Assembly: GCA_965287045.1 (NCBI GenBank)
Contig: OZ336895.1
Span: 24,118,001 to 24,182,000, forward strand
Length of the DNA stretch: 64,000 bases
Direction: 5' to 3'
DNA from: Carcharhinus amblyrhynchos
Taxonomy: Eukaryota
Under the pieces are notes generated by a model. The model ran no database searches, had not been told where the DNA came from, and saw only the letters and a program-made list of their open reading frames with translations. This document shows positions 62,001-64,000 of this stretch, in pieces (within the stretch, counting starts at the first letter, position 1; each line of letters begins with the position of its first letter). A program made the position numbers and the translations under genes.

Positions 62001-63749
62001 GCAACCCAAGCGGGAATCGAACCTGGGCCTCTGGGCACTGTGAGGCAGCAATGCTAAACACTGTGCCACCATGTCACCCATATTGCACATCTTCAGTCCC
62101 AGTACTTTGAAACATTTGCTCATGCACCCATGCAATCTCACCAGCCATTCATGCTCAGCTAAATCTCGTTCACTGCAAGGAGACCAGAAAATCCCACCAG
62201 TGTGAACGGCTGTAAGATTCTGCTGTAGGGCTCTTACCAGAGTTTCAGATATGTTTTCTGACTCACTTTTCTGTACGTGTGTTTATTTCACAGCCCGGCA
62301 ACTGTTGAGGGCACCAGTGTTGATGCTGTCTGCACTTTCAGCAATGATTCTAATCCTCAGGAAGTTAATAAAGTGACTGTGTACCATGTGTTCAGAGACA
62401 ACACAAAGAGCATCTCCACCTTGGGAATATATTCACTGGACAATAACAGCCTCTACGTGAATGGTATTTAGCATTTAAAGGAGATTGCTTATCTTGTCAC
62501 TTTTATTCTATCAACACAGTGCATTAATCTGATAACATTGACAATGATTAAACCAAATTTGTGAATTTTATCTCACAGTTTAATAACTTTCCACCCGACC
62601 TCATTGATACAAAACACATCTTTCATTTTTCAGGTTACCACGAATCTATCCCTTCAACCAGTGAGTATAATTTGATATTTGTATTTCTTTAACATTTCCT
62701 TTTATCACAATGGATAAAATTAAGGGAATTCTTACCTTAGCCTGGTTTATGCATTGTCAAACATATTTAGGATGTTTCCCATTTAAGGCTACGTTTCTTT
62801 TTTATTTCAATAAAGAATTTATTTCCACCCTTGGAATTGAAAATCTTTGAAGTTTCAACCAAAGATCCTGTATGTAATGTGACATCCTAGCCAGAAGTCT
62901 GTGGTCTTGTATACCCCGCTACTGCTGCCAAGCGATAATTTGGCACTTAGTCAAGTCACCATTCACAGCAGCAGAACTGGATAATCCCAACCTCAGGTGA
63001 GGTCAGAGAATTCTGGTTTCTGTCTCCTTATGTGAGTCCAATAAATGGACTGTTGCTGTGAGCAACTAGAAAAGGAGCAGTAGTCCGTACTTAGAATACC
63101 AGTCTGTATTTACACATAGCCCTAATTTAAAAAAGCAGGAGAATCCAAGTTAGTAAGAGCTTCAACAAAACCAGGACAAATTTTTTATATAGATGAGAAA
63201 ACGGTTGCAAGATCATCGGGTTTTATAAGCTTTTGCCCAATTGCATACGTGACAGCAGATATTACTACATAGTCCTTTGAATGAATGGCATCACCAAATC
63301 TGAAAAAGAAACTTAACTCCAGCTTCAACTATTCTGAAATCATTCCATATTTTTCATTTACTTTGTCTCACTGTCATTAATGCAAATGATGCAGTCGCAG
63401 TGGTGTTTAATTCTCAAATTTTAATGCATTTTTTCTCTCTGAATAGCGATAGCGTCACCTGTGACAACTCCAAAGCTGCAAACAAAACCCTTTGAGTTTA
63501 ATGTAACTTTTATAATTACCAACCTGGCCCCAACAGCAAACTTGCAGTCCCCAAATTCTGTACTGCACAAATCCGCATCAGCAATCATTGCCTATCAGGT
63601 CAGTCAACAACTTACTTATTAATACATTTTTAAAATTACACCATATTTGGCTCTAACAGTGTGATTGTTACTTTTCTTCAGTTGAACGGAGTTTTTACTA
63701 GCAGCAAGATCAAAAGAACATTCCAAAACTGTAGAGTTCGCTCTTTCAG
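54..63749 (+). CDS. MUC16: Internal part of a very large multi-exon mucin-16 (CA125)-like gene: Thr/Ser-rich cassette exons followed by tandem MUC16-type SEA modules; 5' and 3' ends outside window
   Basis: 82 candidate exons with AG acceptors and GT (three GC) donors join in phase. SEA modules carry FNVTF, a Cys pair and LGxYxLDxxxLYVNG-Y, resembling human MUC16 repeats (LNFTITNL...GCRLTLLR...DAIC...LGPYTLDRNSLYVNGF). Mucin/SEA identity is strong; orthology to MUC16 is inferred from recalled sequence, not from a search. Confidence 0.8.
8344..18310 (+). CDS. PTS mucin cassette exons 16-35 (A B A C A B A B A C A B A B A C A B A B)
   Basis: Exons 8344-8508, 8777-8941, 9195-9359, 10079-10240, 10531-10695, 10962-11126, 11380-11544, 11801-11950, 12480-12644, 13167-13331, 13829-13984, 14228-14392, 14637-14801, 15050-15214, 15754-15918, 16447-16611, 16898-17059, 17300-17464, 17707-17871, 18146-18310. 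Same splice signals and phase as exons 1-15. Confidence 0.85.
13435..13634 (+). mobile_element. 5'-truncated shark tRNA-derived SINE (HE1-like) with TTCTATGA tail
   Basis: GTCCAAAGAAGTGCGGGTTAGGTTGATTGGCCATGCTAA...CTGCACTGTAGGGTTCTATGATTCTATGATTC; absent from paralogous introns such as 19770. Confidence 0.8.
18843..26722 (+). CDS. PTS mucin cassette exons 36-50 (A C A B A B A C A C A A B C A)
   Basis: Exons 18843-19007, 19519-19683, 19974-20141, 20382-20528, 20771-20935, 21211-21375, 21908-22069, 22578-22739, 23031-23195, 23636-23800, 24073-24237, 24723-24869, 25127-25288, 25906-26070, 26558-26722. All multiples of 3. Confidence 0.85.
25358..25390 (+). pseudogene. Remnant 3' end of an A-type exon with a dead donor
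   Basis: ATCCCTCCCTTCAACAAGCA followed by ATGAGT instead of GTGAGT; no acceptor or exon body upstream. Confidence 0.7.
26246..26435 (+). mobile_element. 5'-truncated SINE of the same family
   Basis: Same body and tail as 13435-13634; interrupts the conserved TTTGCAAGATTACATTAGAT intron motif. Confidence 0.8.
27097..27165 (+). mobile_element. Isolated 3' tail of the second SINE subfamily
   Basis: GATTTTCACAGTAACTTCATTGCAGTGTTAATGTAAGC...CTAATAAGTAAAC, the tail also seen at 48755-48805 and reversed at about 29205 and 61771. Confidence 0.7.
27345..27420 (+). pseudogene. Decayed 5' part of a SEA first exon
   Basis: TTTATAATGGCACCCCCAGTGTACCTGCAACAGTCAATCAAAATCAG aligns to TTTATAGTGGAACCTACCATCGTGCCTGTAACAGTCAATCCAAATCAAG (29860-29908) with the acceptor AG changed to AA. 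Confidence 0.55.
27497..27805 (+). mobile_element. Full-length tRNA-derived SINE
   Basis: Head TGGCACAGTTGTTAGCACTGCTGCCTCA with an A-box-like motif; tail GGATTCTATGATTCTA. Confidence 0.8.
27971..28170 (-). mobile_element. Partial, degraded SINE
   Basis: Reverse complement of SINE tail and body (CATAGGATTCC...CAGCCCATCGA...GGGCAATTTTAGCATAGCC). Confidence 0.6.
28269..29004 (+). CDS. Thr/Ser-rich exons D (28269-28433) and E (28837-29004) of PTS-SEA unit 1
   Basis: Phase 1-1, 165 and 168 nt, donors GTGAGT and GTCAGT; encode ...TTEATTRATSIPSTS and ...TETLTAKTQPFTATPTS... Confidence 0.8.
29205..29495 (-). mobile_element. SINE, second-tail subfamily
   Basis: CACTGCAATGAAGTTACTATGAAAATCCCC...GCAGCAGTGCTAACCATTGTGTCACTGTGCC; duplicated at 36481-36770. 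Confidence 0.8.
29867..33974 (+). CDS. SEA module 1 (exons 29867-30027, 30115-30182, 32395-32561, 33948-33974)
   Basis: 161+68+167+27 nt splice in frame: EFNVTFTVLNLPF...GDK|LNNLYASSNVRVAFLSCQSVSFR|PAIDGNSTVEAIC...LGTYSLDSNKLYVNG|YHESAALT. First donor is GC (AAG|GCAAGT). Confidence 0.9.
30240..30385 (+). mobile_element. CR1-type LINE 3' UTR fragment (paralogue about 37550-37695)
   Basis: GACAAATACATGAAAAGGATG...GGCTTGGAGGGCCAAAGGGCCTGTTCCCGTGCTGTA resembles the 3' end of the CR1 copy at 54930-55030. Confidence 0.6.
32725..33590 (+). mobile_element. Old decayed CR1/L2-clade LINE 3' part (paralogue about 40310-41695, there split by a younger CR1)
   Basis: GGGATGGTCGCTGATGAT (FADD-like RT motif; ATGTTCGCTGATGAT in the paralogue) and KAQVRSV..Y, IQDKAA remnants in ORF 33028-33225. 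Confidence 0.65.
33991..34127 (-). mobile_element. Penelope-like (pLTR) fragment with degenerate hammerhead core and 12-bp TSD (paralogue about 42099-42235)
   Basis: Flanked by GTATGATAACTA at 33979-33990 and 34128-34139; minus strand reads CTGAACTA-GAGTC-ACTTG-GACTC-AAAA. Confidence 0.55.
34351..34685 (+). mobile_element. SacSINE1/DeuSINE-like ancient SINE
   Basis: GTGGGTCAGTTGGTGGCA head, GACACTCCAGTGGAGTGCTGCACTGTTGGAG core and AAAGTGCTTTGGGA...AAAGGTGCTGTACGAATGCAA tail match my recollection of this family. Confidence 0.6.
35686..36287 (+). CDS. Thr/Ser-rich exons D (35686-35850) and E (36120-36287) of unit 2
   Basis: Paralogues of the unit 1 exons, 165 and 168 nt; D donor is GTGAAT. 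Confidence 0.78.
36481..36770 (-). mobile_element. SINE, second-tail subfamily (segmental duplicate of 29205-29495)
   Basis: Same sequence at the same position in unit 2. Confidence 0.8.
37139..42082 (+). CDS. SEA module 2 (exons 37139-37299, 37387-37454, 39980-40146, 42056-42082)
   Basis: 161+68+167+27 nt, nearly identical to module 1; GC donor at 37300. Confidence 0.9.
39084..39895 (-). mobile_element. Young 5'-truncated CR1 LINE (RT C-terminus and 3' UTR)
   Basis: Unbroken ORF 39195-39830 (RDLGVLV...LYRALVRPQLEYCVQFWAPH...RMRGDLIETYK...FFTQRVVNLWNSLP); tail (GTTCTTAT)n on the minus strand; absent from unit 1. Confidence 0.93.
40458..40985 (-). mobile_element. 5'-truncated CR1 LINE of the same family
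   Basis: Similar to 39100-39610; ORF 40551-40733 FFTQRVVNLWNSLP; GTTCA on both sides is a possible TSD; absent from unit 1. Confidence 0.9.
42461..42800 (+). mobile_element. SacSINE1/DeuSINE-like SINE (duplicate of 34351-34685)
   Basis: Paralogous sequence in unit 2. Confidence 0.6.
43806..44407 (+). CDS. Thr/Ser-rich exons D (43806-43970) and E (44240-44407) of unit 3
   Basis: 165 and 168 nt, phase 1-1, paralogous to units 1 and 2. Confidence 0.8.
44813..45130 (-). mobile_element. SINE (TTCTATGA-tail subfamily)
   Basis: TCATAGACTCCCTACAGTGCAGAAG...CAGCAGTGCCAACCACTGTGC. Confidence 0.8.
45138..45438 (+). mobile_element. SINE (TTCTATGA-tail subfamily), head-to-head with the previous copy
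   Basis: GGCACAGTGGCACACTGGTTAGCAGTGCTGCCTCACAGCGCTAGGGACCCGGGTTCAATTCC (A and B boxes)...GGATTCTATGA. Confidence 0.85.
47018..49060 (+). CDS. SEA module 3 (exons 47018-47178, 47267-47334, 47593-47762, 49034-49060)
   Basis: 161+68+170+27 nt; LNNLYANSNVNATFSDCKSVSFR|PASNGDSTVEVIC...LDNDSLFVNG|YHESSVST; GC donor at 47179. Confidence 0.9.
48180..48805 (+). mobile_element. Nested SINEs: inner copy 48356-48704 inside an outer second-tail SINE
   Basis: Outer element breaks at GCCATGCTAAAT and resumes TAAATTCTCCCTCAGTGTACCCG; TAAAT is duplicated at 48351-48355 and 48705-48709. Confidence 0.85.
49629..49702. repeat. 36-bp tandem duplication in an intron
   Basis: CAGATGAATCAGAACAATCATATTATTCTTTGTGGC followed by CAGATGAATCAGAACAGTCACATTATTTTTCGTGGC. 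Confidence 0.8.
50514..52912 (+). CDS. SEA module 4 (exons 50514-50674, 50813-50880, 52581-52750, 52886-52912)
   Basis: 161+68+170+27 nt; EFNVTFVITDL...SHQ|LTDLYNKSKVNARFSGCRTTSFK|LADIANTRVFAIC...LDSNSLYVNG|YNKQTPLP. Confidence 0.9.
51528..51837 (+). mobile_element. Rex1/Babar-like LINE 3' end
   Basis: Translates as IIKDPSHPEHSLFHPLPSGQRYKS...TNQLKNSFFPAAVRLLN, then a 3' UTR, AATAATAAA and an (ATCAA)3 tail. Confidence 0.7.
53993..58083 (+). CDS. SEA module 5 (exons 53993-54150, 55132-55199, 56791-56951, 58057-58083)
   Basis: 158+68+161+27 nt; LTALYDKSKISAKFSSCKVVSFS|PANGDDTSVYAVC...LDNDSLYVNG|YHESALSP. Confidence 0.9.
54221..55033 (+). mobile_element. 5'-truncated CR1 LINE (different subfamily)
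   Basis: ORF 54240-54980 (WAKKWQMDFNPDKC...KDLGVRV...LEYCAQFWLPH...RMRGDLIEVYK); tail TTTCTATGTTTCTA. Confidence 0.92.
55225..55560 (+). mobile_element. Old LINE 3' UTR remnant related to 33290-33590
   Basis: Shares GGCTCCTT...TTCCAAACC...TGGGAACA...GTTCCTTCA...CTGCAGTGGTTCAAGAAGGCAGCT...GCAATTAGAGA. Confidence 0.55.
55758..56060 (-). mobile_element. SINE
   Basis: CATAGAATCCATAGAACCCCTGCAG...GGAGGAAACCCACGCAGACACAGAGAGAACATGCAAA. Confidence 0.8.
56245..56375 (+). mobile_element. SINE 3' fragment
   Basis: GGTGGGATTGTTGTCAGTGC...AATGGCCTCCTTCTGCACTGTAGAGATTCTAC. Confidence 0.65.
58143..58690. mobile_element. Palindromic Penelope-like element with two inverted degenerate hammerhead cores (58143-58297), interrupted by a minus-strand SINE (58298-58640)
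   Basis: ACATGACACCAGGTTATAGTCCAACAGG...CCTGTTGGACTATAACCTGGTGTCATGT inverted repeat; CTGATGA on both strands; element resumes as CCCCAGTCCAACACTGGCATCTCCACAT after the SINE. Confidence 0.7.
59208..59546 (-). mobile_element. SINE with internal duplication of CTAACCTGCACATCTT
   Basis: GAATCCTACAGTGCAGAAG...CAGCAGTACTAACCACTGTGCTACCGTGCTGCC. Confidence 0.8.
59900..60112 (-). mobile_element. Decayed CR1 reverse transcriptase fragment
   Basis: ORF 59930-60214 contains DVIYMDFQKDTKKVSHRRLLAKI...LKWIDN, resembling the CR1 motif DxxYxDFxKAFDKVPH. Confidence 0.7.
60488..62660 (+). CDS. SEA module 6 (exons 60488-60639, 60725-60792, 62294-62463, 62634-62660)
   Basis: 152+68+170+27 nt; EFNVTFIITNL...AYQ|LNHLFTNSNIKRTFQNCRVRTFS|PATVEGTSVDAVC...LDNNSLYVNG|YHESIPST. 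Confidence 0.9.
61771..62078 (-). mobile_element. SINE, second-tail subfamily
   Basis: GTTTATTTATTAGTGCCACAAGTAGGCTTA...GGCAGCAATGCTAAACACTGTGCCACCATG. Confidence 0.85.
63447..63749 (+). CDS. SEA module 7, first two exons (63447-63598, 63682-63749); continues beyond window
   Basis: 152+68 nt, close paralogue of module 6. Confidence 0.88.
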
Positions 63750-63774
63750 GTAAGGAATGTTGACATTAAACTTC

Positions 63775-63905
63775 GTAAAAAGTCTGACAACACCAGGTTT
63801 TAGTCCAACCTATTTATTTGAAATATAAATAGGTTGGACTAAAACCTGGTGTTGTCAGACTTTTTACTGTGTTTATGCCAGTCCAACGCCGGCATACCCA
63901 CATCA
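63775..63905. mobile_element. Recent insertion with a perfect 43-bp inverted repeat and 14-bp TSD, same family as 58143
   Basis: Arms 63775-63817 and 63825-63867; TGACATTAAACTTC at 63761-63774 and 63906-63919; the paralogous intron at about 60803 has a single related site. Confidence 0.85.
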
Positions 63906-64000
63906 TGACATTAAACTTCAGCAGTATTTGTTTCAAGGTTTCTTTAATGTTTCGTAAATTAGTTAGTATTCCATAAATGCTATAATATGTAAAACAATCC

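Overview
Vertebrate genomic DNA, most likely from a cartilaginous fish (shark-type tRNA-derived SINEs, CR1 LINEs, a SacSINE1/DeuSINE-like copy). The whole window lies inside one + strand, intron-rich mucin gene with MUC16/CA125-type SEA repeats; neither start nor stop codon is in the window. I traced 82 candidate exons by hand (about 11.9 kb of CDS, about 3,960 aa if all are included). 54-26722: 50 tandemly duplicated Thr/Ser/Ala-rich cassette exons of three types (A, B, C). All are phase 1-1; 35 are exactly 165 nt and the rest differ by multiples of 3. 28269-49060: three units of [two Thr/Ser exons + four-exon SEA module]. 50514-63749: three more SEA modules and half of a seventh. The mucin domain is built one exon per repeat, not as a giant exon, so it could be spliced combinatorially. 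Introns hold SINEs, CR1 and Rex1-like LINE fragments, and Penelope-like fragments with degenerate hammerhead-ribozyme cores and long palindromes. Most entries in the ORF track are exon read-throughs or antisense shadows. Exon calls rest on splice signals, phase and paralogy, not on transcript data.
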